NCBI GenBank assembly: GCA_965203905.1
Contig: CBDBDQ010000005.1
Coordinates: forward strand, 800,001-864,000
Direction: 5' to 3'
Length of the DNA stretch: 64,000 nt
Origin: Spirochaetia bacterium
GTDB taxonomy: Bacteria; Spirochaetota; Spirochaetia; SZUA-6; Bin103
The position numbers and the translations under genes were made by a program. The number at the start of each line of letters is the position of its first letter. The first letter of the stretch is position 1. Positions 27,663 to 36,070 of the stretch are shown piece after piece. The notes below the pieces were generated by a model that saw only the letters and a list, made by a program, of their open reading frames with translations, was not told where the DNA came from and ran no database searches.

Positions 27663-28625
27663 TCAGTGAGGCTCGCTCCAGAAGCGGCCGTGCGGCCAGA
27701 AGGTGCGGAAGTCGCGCGGGAACGAGGTGAGCGCCGGGATTCGGAGCAGCGGCTGGGCGTCAGGCGGCCCGCTTCTGACCAGGCCGGTGGTGGGATCCCA
27801 CACGGTGTCCGACTGTGCGTCGCGAATCCCCTGCCCGTGGACGGCGAGTTCCACGACGCCGCTGCCGGTCCGGCGCGAGAACACGTTCCAGCGGTCCGGC
27901 GACCGCGGATCGGCCACCGCCGCAAGCGGGACTCCGGCCAGCTCGTCGTTGATCACGCCGGTGCTCCGGAGGGCCGGCACCGGGTAGGCGACCGCGGCGC
28001 CCTCCAACTCGACCACGATCACCATCGAGGCCAGGTCGAAGCCACTGCGGCCGCCGCGGGCGTTCAAGGCCACGGTATGGGGATACGCCTCTCGCCACGC
28101 GCCCCAACTCGTGAGCAGCGAAGGCAGCAGCTCCAGCCGCTGGCCGCGGCGCGGTCCCGCGATCGCCAGCCCCAGCGGTTGACTCCACACGCTGCCGGTG
28201 GCGTGGTCGAACCAGGTCATGGCGTTGCCCCACAGCCCGCCCTGGTTCCCGAACCAGATCAGCTCCCCTTCCAGCTCCCGGCGATGGACCATCGCCGTGG
28301 CGCACAGCGGTCACCAGGAGACGAGGATCGGCCAGTCGCCGATCGCGTCGTTCACCATCTCGCGGAAGTTCAGGAAGGAGACCGGATACGCCTTGGCACT
28401 GCCCTGATGCGCGACGCCGATCACCAGGGTGGCGTCGGGCCAGCGCACCCGGTCGGCCGCCACGAACTCCGGCTCGTAGACCGCGCGGATCACGCCGCGC
28501 GGCACCGACTGGTAGTAGCCGGGCGGCACCTCGCCGGCCTGCACCGGATCGTAGGAACTGGCGGCGGGGACCTGCGCGGCGGCGGCCGTCGCGACCGCCG
28601 CAAGCACCGCCGCCAGGATCAGCAC
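27663..28625 (-). CDS. DUF3179 domain protein, probable selenoprotein (UGA at 28311-28313 read as Sec)
   Basis: Two in-frame ORFs joined by one TGA in SW*PLC; AKAYP…EMVND, FGNQGGLW…DHATGSVWSQ…G.AIAGP motifs; N-terminal signal peptide. Confidence 0.85.
28279..28297 (-). other. Candidate bacterial SECIS element
   Basis: CGGCGAUG-GUC-CAUCGCCG perfect stem starting 13 nt after the UGA, with G in the apical loop. Confidence 0.65.
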
Positions 28626-28656
28626 GCGGGGAATTCCAAGCAGCCGTGGCGGGCTG

Positions 28657-30636
28657 CTAGCTCCTGAAGAACAGGAACTTGCCCAGCGTGACGGCGACCC
28701 CGCCCGGGCTTCCGGGGATCGCATAGTCACCCTTGATGGTGTTCCCCAGGTTGGTGTTGGCGGTGTACACGGTGGGCGCCAGACCCACGGTGCCGATGAT
28801 CAGCAGTTCCTCCGCGTAGAAGTCGAATATCTTCTCGCTCACCTCGAGGTACTCCTGCGACCCGTATTCCGAGCTGTAGCGCTGCACCAGGAGCGCGAAC
28901 AGGTCCTTGATCTTCTGCGGCGGCTCCTCCCCGGGGAGCTTGCCGCCCTCGAATTCGTCCAGCTTCTGGCGACCGTCCTTGATCGCCTGCTCCGCCTCCA
29001 GCCAGACGTGCCACTTGGAACCCCAGCGGATCGTCTCCGGGCTGATGTTGTACTCGCGCAGCTCCTTGCGGAAGATCTCCGTCTCCGAGAGGATCTCGGT
29101 CTCACCGGCCTCCATGCGTTCGAACGTCAGCGCGTATTCCCCGGGCTTCAACAGCACCTTCAGCCCGATATCCTCCCAGTACTCCTTCACCAGCTCGTGC
29201 ACGGTCACCGAGGTCGACGACATCGAGGTAGGATACTCGATGATCAGCAGCGCGGTCTTGCCATCGGGACGCAGCCGGAAACCGTCCGCGTCGCGCTCGG
29301 TCAGCCCCATTTCGTCGAGCAGCTCCTGCGCCGCGGCCGGGTCGTACCTGGCGTACGGATGCTCCTCTCCCCACTCCGGCTTGTAGAAGGAGGCGCTGGA
29401 ATGCAGCGTCGCCTGACGCGGCACGGCTACCCCGAAGAACACGCTCTCGTTGATCTCGTCGCGGTTGATGGCGAGCGACAGGGCGCGTCTGAACCTGATG
29501 TCCTGGAAGATCTCGCGCAGCACCGGATCCGGATGGTTCTGATTCAGAAAGTAGGGCACCTCCGATCCGTTCCGGCCCGCCACCAGGGTCACTTGGTAGC
29601 CGCCCGGCTCCTCGTTCTCCTTGTACAACGGGTAGTTCTCGAACGACGTATTCATGATGGCCATGTCCGCCTCGCCGCTCATGATCTTGAGCTGATACAC
29701 CTCGGGATCGACGATGGTGGAGACGATGCGGTCGATGTAGGGGAGCTGGTTGCCGGCCGCGTCCACCGCGTAGTAGTAGGGATTGCGCTCGTAGTCGCGG
29801 TAGGTGCTGGTGAACTCGGTGAATATCCACGGCTGCAGGCTGGGCTTCTCAAGGTCGGCCGCGGGCGCAATCTGATAGTGGTGATTGAACGCTTCCCACC
29901 AGTTGTCGAAGCCCTCTTCCTTGGCTAGGGCGTCCGCGTTTTCGTTATGGTTCATGTGCCACTTTTTGAGGTAGTGCTTGGGTGCAAAGCGTCCCCACTC
30001 GCCGCCCCGCCAACTGATCAGGCTCGACATGAACTTCGGAAACGTCTCGTCGAACTCGAAGCGGATGGTATGGTCGTCTACCTTCGTCACCTGCGACAGC
30101 GGCTCGGTGATCTGCCACTTCTCCACCTTCTCGTTGTAGAACATGTCCTCATACGCAAAGATGAAGTCGTCGGCCGTGAAGGGCGCCCCGTCGGACCACT
30201 TCATTCCCTTGTGCAGGGTGAAGGTATAGATCCTCTTGTCGGGCGATATGGCGAACCCCTTCATCAGCTCCGGAACCATCTCGCCGTCCTCGGTGATGCG
30301 CACCATGCGGCCGCCGCGTTCCGGCATCTCGGTCATGTCCTGCCACGGGTAGTTGTCCAGGGCGAACACCTGCAGGGTGCCCCCATAGCGGCCGATCTGC
30401 GGATCTGCCAAAGCCATCGAAGACAGCACAGGGGGTTCGTCGGGCAGCCTCTCCTCGACTGGAGGAAGCTCGCCGGCGGCCACCAGCGCCGCCAGCATCG
30501 GGGCCTCCTGGTAGGCACCGTCCGATGTCATTCCGGCGGCGGAGTCGGCCGTGGAAGTTTCCTGTTCTCCAGTCCCGAACGCCAGCACCGCGCTGACGGT
30601 CAGGACCACGATGACGGGTAGCGCGAGTCGTCTCAT
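28657..30636 (-). CDS. ABC transporter substrate-binding protein, family 5 (orphan)
   Basis: GGAGGG RBS; EAPML…LPPVEERLP, GMKWSDG, GNQLPYID. Confidence 0.92.
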   Translation of the reverse strand: MRRLALPVIVVLTVSAVLAFGTGEQETSTADSAAGMTSDGAYQEAPMLAALVAAGELPPVEERLPDEPPVLSSMALADPQIGRYGGTLQVFALDNYPWQDMTEMPERGGRMVRITEDGEMVPELMKGFAISPDKRIYTFTLHKGMKWSDGAPFTADDFIFAYEDMFYNEKVEKWQITEPLSQVTKVDDHTIRFEFDETFPKFMSSLISWRGGEWGRFAPKHYLKKWHMNHNENADALAKEEGFDNWWEAFNHHYQIAPAADLEKPSLQPWIFTEFTSTYRDYERNPYYYAVDAAGNQLPYIDRIVSTIVDPEVYQLKIMSGEADMAIMNTSFENYPLYKENEEPGGYQVTLVAGRNGSEVPYFLNQNHPDPVLREIFQDIRFRRALSLAINRDEINESVFFGVAVPRQATLHSSASFYKPEWGEEHPYARYDPAAAQELLDEMGLTERDADGFRLRPDGKTALLIIEYPTSMSSTSVTVHELVKEYWEDIGLKVLLKPGEYALTFERMEAGETEILSETEIFRKELREYNISPETIRWGSKWHVWLEAEQAIKDGRQKLDEFEGGKLPGEEPPQKIKDLFALLVQRYSSEYGSQEYLEVSEKIFDFYAEELLIIGTVGLAPTVYTANTNLGNTIKGDYAIPGSPGGVAVTLGKFLFFRS

Positions 30637-30729
30637 AGCATGCCCCTCCATTTGGGCTGAATTGAACCAACCTTGCAGATGGCCGCGCAACTGTCAAGAA
30701 AGCCCCTCACTTGCCCTTGCTTGCTTGCG

Positions 30730-31032
30730 GCCCTTGCGGACCTGCCGAACGACCTGGTCTGCGTTCGGATCGCGATCCCCGACGATGTTGCGCAGGAGTT
30801 GGCCGACGAGATCGATCCGGCGCTGCTGATCGGCCACGACTACCGCGCAACGCGACGTATCGGCGACGCCTGGTACGAGCGCGGAGAAAGCGCGGTCTTG
30901 TGGGTTCCATCCGTCGTGTCTCCGTACGAGTCCAACGTGCTCTGCAATCAACGGCACGCAGACTTTCCGCGCATCGTCGTGGGTGAACCCACCCCTGCTC
31001 GGGTCGATGCTCGTCTACCGTACCGAAGGTGA
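30730..31032 (+). pseudogene. RES-domain toxin, C-terminal remnant
   Basis: TRRIGDAWY…LWVPSVVSPYESNVLCN..H.DF; N-terminal half and antitoxin absent. Confidence 0.7.
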
Positions 31033-31905
31033 TACCTGCGTGAGGTCGGGACTGCGGGGCGCGACCGGTTCCAGGATCGCGCGCCGCTCGGGGGTGAGGC
31101 GTTCCCGCAGCGCGGGGGAGAGCTGGTAGTTGAAGCGGGTGCGGATGTGCCGCGGCGAATAGCGGTACACCACGGTGCGGCGGTATCCGGGGTTGGTGCG
31201 CTCGGCGGAGCCGTGGGTCACGGCGTCGGTGAACAGCAGCACGTCGCCGGCGCGCAGGTGCACCTCGCGCATGCCCAGCGCGTCGCCGGCTCCCTGGCGC
31301 TCGCGGTTGGCCGAGGTGATCGGCTTGCCCTCCACCTCCAGCCGCGGATGCACCTCGGAGGCCTTGTGGCTGCCGGGAACCAGGACCGTGGGGCCGTCGC
31401 CGGGACCGATGTCGTTCAGCGCCATCAGCACGTTGATCTGGCCCACCATCCAGGCCCCGGTGTTGTGCTGGCGGAAGGTAAAGTAGCTGAGCGGCACGTG
31501 GCCGCCGGAGTGGATGAAGAGAAAGCCTCCCCTGGTGCGCACGTTGAGCAGGGTCTCGTGGATCGAAAGCCTGTTGACCGAATTGACGTAGCGGCTGACC
31601 AGGGGCAGCCAGGCCGGGTAGTCGATCAGGCGCTCGAACACCGCTCCCCCCTCCACGATGTTCTGGAAGTTCACGCCGTCGTCGGGGCCGTAGCTGTGCA
31701 ACTCCACGTGACCGATCCAGCGCCCCTCCCGGACCTGATCACGCGGCCCCTGACGTGAGGGAGGGTCCTGCACGTAGCTCCAGTGGTCGTCCAGCCACCG
31801 GTTCATGGCGGCGAGATCGGCCTCGGCGAGCGCACCCGGCAATACCAGGTAGCCTTGCAGATCGAACAGGTAGTCGAGTTCCCGGTCCTCGGAGGAGCTT
31901 TCCAT
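31015..31905 (-). CDS. Phytanoyl-CoA dioxygenase family protein
   Basis: YLFDLQGYL, DGPTVLVPGSHK, AGDVLLFTDAVTHG; first metal motif reads HSG rather than HxD. Confidence 0.85.
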   Translation of the reverse strand: MESSSEDRELDYLFDLQGYLVLPGALAEADLAAMNRWLDDHWSYVQDPPSRQGPRDQVREGRWIGHVELHSYGPDDGVNFQNIVEGGAVFERLIDYPAWLPLVSRYVNSVNRLSIHETLLNVRTRGGFLFIHSGGHVPLSYFTFRQHNTGAWMVGQINVLMALNDIGPGDGPTVLVPGSHKASEVHPRLEVEGKPITSANRERQGAGDALGMREVHLRAGDVLLFTDAVTHGSAERTNPGYRRTVVYRYSPRHIRTRFNYQLSPALRERLTPERRAILEPVAPRSPDLTQVSPSVR

Positions 31906-31955
31906 AGGGCTCACCCTGCCCTCAATCACAGCCTGCCGGCAACCCCGAGCCGCGT

Positions 31956-31984
31956 TTGACGACTGCCGGATCGGGGCCTATGGT
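31956..31984 (+). promoter_or_regulatory. Sigma70-like promoter, near-leaderless transcript
   Basis: TTGACG-N17-TATGGT, 9 nt before GTG 31994. Confidence 0.55.
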
Positions 31985-31993
31985 GCAGCCTCC

Positions 31994-33103
31994 GTGGCAC
32001 CGTATCGCGTCGCCCTGATCGGCACCGGCCGGGTCGGCTACCAGTTCAGCTTCAGCGCGCTGCCCGACAACCACGCCGCCGCGGTGGCGGCCAGTGGGCG
32101 CTGCCGTCTGGTGGCGGGCGTCAACCGCGGCCGCGACAAGCTGCTCCAGTTCGGCGACCGCTTCGGTGTCGACGCCCTGTACCACGACTACCGGCAGATG
32201 CTGGAGCGGGAACGGCCGGAGCTGTGCATCGTCGCCACCCACCCGGAGTTGCACTGCACCATGGTAGAAGAGTGCGCCGCCGCGCCCGCCACCCGCGCCA
32301 TCATCTGCGAGAAGCCGATGGCCCTGTCACTGGCGGAGTGCGACCGCATGATCGCCGCCTGCGAGCGCGCGGGGGTGCTGCTGCAGATCAACCACAACCG
32401 GCGCTGGAACCCGCACTGGATCCAGGCGCAACGGCTGCTGGCGGCCGGCGCCATCGGCGAGTTGAACTACCTCCATTGCTACATGGACGGCTGCAAGCCG
32501 ACACCGGCGTGGCGCAGCGCCAACGAGGGACCGCTGCTGCACGATTTCAGCCACTATTTCGACCTGCTGGACCTGTTCGCCGGCGAGCCGGCCTGGCTCT
32601 GCGGCATGGCCGAGCAGCGCGCCCGCCCCTGGGCGGTGGAAGACTTCAGCGCCGCCTTCATCAAGTTCAAGTCGGGCGTGACCGCCATCGCGCACGGCGC
32701 CGAGCTCACCGACTACGAGTACTGCAGCTTCATGCTGAGCGGCTCCAGCGGCGTGATCCGGATGCAGGACGAACGGGTGCGCCTGCTGCAGTCGCGGCCG
32801 GCCGGCAGCGAGCCAGACAGCGGCTTCCAGTGGCGCCGGCTCGCCGCGTCTGCGGTCGAGTCCCCGCCCGACGCCTCAAGTTACAGCGTCGCGCTCAACG
32901 AACTGCTGGACGCGGTGGAGGGGAAGGCGGAGTTGCGCAGCGACGGCCGCATCGGGCGCCGCTCGCTGGAGATGATCATGGCAGTATACCAGTCGCAACT
33001 GCAGGGCAACCGTCCCGTCTCGTTTCCGGTGACCCTGACCGATTCGGGAGTGCAGGCGCTGCGCTCGGCCGGCCAGTTTCGTTCCGTCTCCACCACGCCA
33101 TGA
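31994..33103 (+). CDS. Gfo/Idh/MocA family oxidoreductase
   Basis: ALIGTGRVG, ICEKPMA, NHNRRW, HYFDL. Confidence 0.9.
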   Translation: MAPYRVALIGTGRVGYQFSFSALPDNHAAAVAASGRCRLVAGVNRGRDKLLQFGDRFGVDALYHDYRQMLERERPELCIVATHPELHCTMVEECAAAPATRAIICEKPMALSLAECDRMIAACERAGVLLQINHNRRWNPHWIQAQRLLAAGAIGELNYLHCYMDGCKPTPAWRSANEGPLLHDFSHYFDLLDLFAGEPAWLCGMAEQRARPWAVEDFSAAFIKFKSGVTAIAHGAELTDYEYCSFMLSGSSGVIRMQDERVRLLQSRPAGSEPDSGFQWRRLAASAVESPPDASSYSVALNELLDAVEGKAELRSDGRIGRRSLEMIMAVYQSQLQGNRPVSFPVTLTDSGVQALRSAGQFRSVSTTP

Positions 33104-33107
33104 TGCG

Positions 33108-33136
33108 TTGACGCGGCGGGAGGTGCCGCGTACGGT
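33108..33136 (+). promoter_or_regulatory. Possible sigma70-like promoter upstream of the Uma2 gene
   Basis: TTGACG-N17-TACGGT. Confidence 0.4.
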
Positions 33137-33229
33137 GACAGCCGGATTGATGATCGCTACCGTGTTGCAGCCGCACGACAACCGGTGGCCATGCCCACCG
33201 GAGCCTAGTCGGCAGTAGTGGGTGCCGGG

Positions 33230-33991
33230 ATGAGCTCGTCAGCAGAATCGACAATATCTACCGTACCGGGCTCAGCGGCGAGAATCACGTTGCAAGAGAG
33301 TTCAGTGGGTTCGAGATACCTGGCCTTTCGTGCCGACCGCGAGACCGTGCTTACCTTTGCCAACCTGCAGTTGGGACGTTTTTTTCGTCGTATGCTACTG
33401 GATCCGGTGCAGGGGCTGGTGGTACTGATGGCACCGGACCGCGTGCATGAAGACACCAGGGGCCAGATTGAACGTGTAGTCGACGGCTTCGCCGCGCTCC
33501 TGGGGTTGAGCAGAGCACCCTTGGGCTCTACCCGCCTGCGCCGTTTGCTGGATCCGCAGAACACCGGTGCGGAGCCGGACTGCTGCTTCTATCTGGGTGC
33601 GAACGCGGCGGCATACCGCCAGGCCAGAGCTCAGGGAGTCGAAGCCGCCGATCACTACGTGTTGCACCATCCTGTGGACTTGGTCGTAGAGGTAGGCGTT
33701 ACTCACGAAGACCAGAGCGAACAGGACTTCTACCGCGATCTGGGAGTGCCGGAGTATTGGCAGATCAGAACCGTCGACGGCCTTGATCTCACCATTCGGT
33801 TTCTGGACTTGCAGGCTGCGCAGCGGCCGTCCGTCAGCGTGTCCAGGGCGCTGCCCGGAGCGACGCCGGCGGCCATCCGCGATGCCTACCAGGTGGTTCT
33901 CGGCGAGGATGACATCTTTGCACTCCGTGGGCCGTTGCTAGCGCTGTTGCAACGTCACGGGATCGTGGAGCAGGTGGAATCCGGCCAATAA
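33230..33991 (+). CDS. Uma2 family (PD-(D/E)XK) endonuclease-like protein
   Basis: EPDCCFY, PVDLVVEV, YRDLGVPEYW. Confidence 0.82.
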   Translation: MSSSAESTISTVPGSAARITLQESSVGSRYLAFRADRETVLTFANLQLGRFFRRMLLDPVQGLVVLMAPDRVHEDTRGQIERVVDGFAALLGLSRAPLGSTRLRRLLDPQNTGAEPDCCFYLGANAAAYRQARAQGVEAADHYVLHHPVDLVVEVGVTHEDQSEQDFYRDLGVPEYWQIRTVDGLDLTIRFLDLQAAQRPSVSVSRALPGATPAAIRDAYQVVLGEDDIFALRGPLLALLQRHGIVEQVESGQ

Positions 33992-34043
33992 TCGGCGCTC
34001 TTCGACGAGGACCTTGCACCCGCGAGCCGATTAGAGCCCCTCG

Positions 34044-34298
34044 CTACGTGGGCGGCGTTGCGCCTGTGGTGCCCGGCCGGGGTTCAGCGTTGCCGGGCTC
34101 GGCGCCGCCGTAGCGCGGCAGCCAGTATTCCAGCCAGGTGCGCTGACAGCGCCGGTCACAGAGGCACAACGAGCGCCCGGCATGCTGCGCGCGCCAAAGC
34201 CGTCCCACGATCATCTTGCCGCACAGGTCGCAGCGCGCGGTGGTGGTGGCGTACAGGGCGTCGGGAATCGGCTCCCAGTGTCCCTCGGCGTCGCTCAC
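34044..34298 (-). CDS. Small Cys-rich TRASH/YHS-like metal-binding protein (84 aa)
   Basis: GTGA overlap with hydantoinase B stop; CDLCG…LCLCDRRC; appears only as the tail of a spurious long ORF in the track. Confidence 0.7.
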   Translation of the reverse strand: MSDAEGHWEPIPDALYATTTARCDLCGKMIVGRLWRAQHAGRSLCLCDRRCQRTWLEYWLPRYGGAEPGNAEPRPGTTGATPPT

Positions 34299-36067
34299 GG
34301 CCCCGAGCGTAGCCGTGCGGTGGCGACCGCGTCCAGGCGCCAGCCGGCGGCGGCATCCGGCACCAGGGCCACGCGGTACACCTCGCGCGCCTGACGTTCG
34401 CTGAGCACCCCGTCGCGCACCTCCTCGCACACCAGCTCCGGGTCGCGCTGCGCGGGCGGCCCGTACCCGCCGCCGCCGGGACTGACGATCTCGATGCAGT
34501 CGCCTTGGCGGACCCGGATGTCCGCGAACTTGTTGGGCGACACCGTGCCGAACGCCTCGCTGAAGGTGCCCCAGGCTTCGTCGCCGTGCCTGCGGATACG
34601 CAGCGCTCCCGGGCTTCCCGGCTGGCCGCCGAACAGCCCCCAGGCCCCCGTCTCGTGGCGGTCCATGAAGCTGGACACCGTGATCTCCGGCGCCCGCGCC
34701 TCGATCACGCGCCGGCTGCCGGCGCCGCCGCGGCTGCGGCCGTGGCCTGCCGAGTCGTCTGCCAGGCCATAGCTGTGGGTGAGCCACGGGTAGCGGGTCT
34801 CGAACACCTCCACCGGCGTGTTGCGGCAGTTGCCGTTGATCGGACACTGGATGTCGTTGCCGTCGCCGGTTGCCTTGCCGCCCCAGCCGCAGCCTTCGAT
34901 GTGGTAGTTGGCGTAGAACTCGCCGCTGCGCGGATGGGTGCCGCCGAACAGGAAGTTGCAGGAGCTGGCGCCGGTGGCGGCCGCCACCCGCTCGGGCAGC
35001 GCCGCCGACAGGCAGCCGAACAGGACGTCGACGATGCGCTCGTGGATCTCCGAGTTGCCGCCCACGCTGGGACCGGGATGCTCGACGTTGACCACGGTGC
35101 CGGGCGGAATGATCAGCTCGATGGGACGGTAGCAGCCGGAGTTGCGCGGAATGGTGCGGTCGGTGAGGTTGAGCATCGCGTTGTAGGTGGCCGAGGCGGT
35201 GACCCCGTAAGTGCAGTTGCACGGGCCCTGCGCCTGCGGGCTGGAGCCGTTGTAGTCGAAGATGATGCGCTCGCCGCGCACCACCGCGGTGCAGTGGATG
35301 CGGTACCGCTCGTCCGCCACCACGCCGTCGTTCTCGATCCAGTCCTCGAACGCGTACTCGCCGTCGGGGATCTCCGCGATCTCGGCACGCATACGCCGCT
35401 CGGCGTAGTCCATGAGCTGCTTGCCGGCACCGAGCACGGTGTCGAAGCCGTAGCGGTCCAGGAGCTGGTGCAGGCGCCGTTCGGCGACCGTGAGCGAGCC
35501 GATCATGGCGTGGAAGTCGCCCCACGAGGTGCGCGGCGTGCGGTGGTTGGTGAGGATGACCTTCCAGAGGTCGTCGACGTACTCGCCGCCGCGCATGATC
35601 TTCACCGGCGGCAGCCGCAGACCCTCCTGGTAGATCTCGCGGGCGTCGGCGGCGAATCCGCCCACCGCCTTGCCGCCGATCTCGGTGAGATGGGCGATGT
35701 TGCCGACGAAGCCGTACAGCTCGCCGCGGTGGTACACCGGCTTGATCACGGTGTGCTCGGGCAGGTGGCAGCCGCCGCGGTAGGGATCGTTGTGCATCAC
35801 CACGTCGCCGGGAGCGAAGTTCTCCAGGCCCACCTCGGCGATGGTCCACTGCATGGTGTAGAGGATCGCCCCGATCTGGGCCGGGCAGAACTCGGCGTAG
35901 GAGACCATCTGCGCGTCGCGGTCGAACACCACGCACGAGAAATCGAGCCCCTCGTTGAAGATCGACGAGTAGGAGGTCTTCATCATCGCCAGCCCCATCT
36001 CGCGGCAGGTGTTGACCAGGTAGTTGTTGATGATGGTGAGGGTGACGCTGTCCAGTTGCTTCGCCAT
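34295..36067 (-). CDS. Hydantoinase B/oxoprolinase family protein
   Basis: SSIFNEGLDFSC, NDPYRGGCHLPE, EIYQEGLRLPP, NTPVEVFE, SPGGGGYG. Confidence 0.93.
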   Translation of the reverse strand: MAKQLDSVTLTIINNYLVNTCREMGLAMMKTSYSSIFNEGLDFSCVVFDRDAQMVSYAEFCPAQIGAILYTMQWTIAEVGLENFAPGDVVMHNDPYRGGCHLPEHTVIKPVYHRGELYGFVGNIAHLTEIGGKAVGGFAADAREIYQEGLRLPPVKIMRGGEYVDDLWKVILTNHRTPRTSWGDFHAMIGSLTVAERRLHQLLDRYGFDTVLGAGKQLMDYAERRMRAEIAEIPDGEYAFEDWIENDGVVADERYRIHCTAVVRGERIIFDYNGSSPQAQGPCNCTYGVTASATYNAMLNLTDRTIPRNSGCYRPIELIIPPGTVVNVEHPGPSVGGNSEIHERIVDVLFGCLSAALPERVAAATGASSCNFLFGGTHPRSGEFYANYHIEGCGWGGKATGDGNDIQCPINGNCRNTPVEVFETRYPWLTHSYGLADDSAGHGRSRGGAGSRRVIEARAPEITVSSFMDRHETGAWGLFGGQPGSPGALRIRRHGDEAWGTFSEAFGTVSPNKFADIRVRQGDCIEIVSPGGGGYGPPAQRDPELVCEEVRDGVLSERQAREVYRVALVPDAAAGWRLDAVATARLRSGP

Positions 36068-36070
36068 CGT

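Noticed and set aside
28311-28313. Nonsense mutation making DUF3179 a pseudogene
   Set aside because: The stop is UGA exactly at the first position of a CxxC-equivalent motif and is followed by a hairpin; Sec is more parsimonious, though not proven
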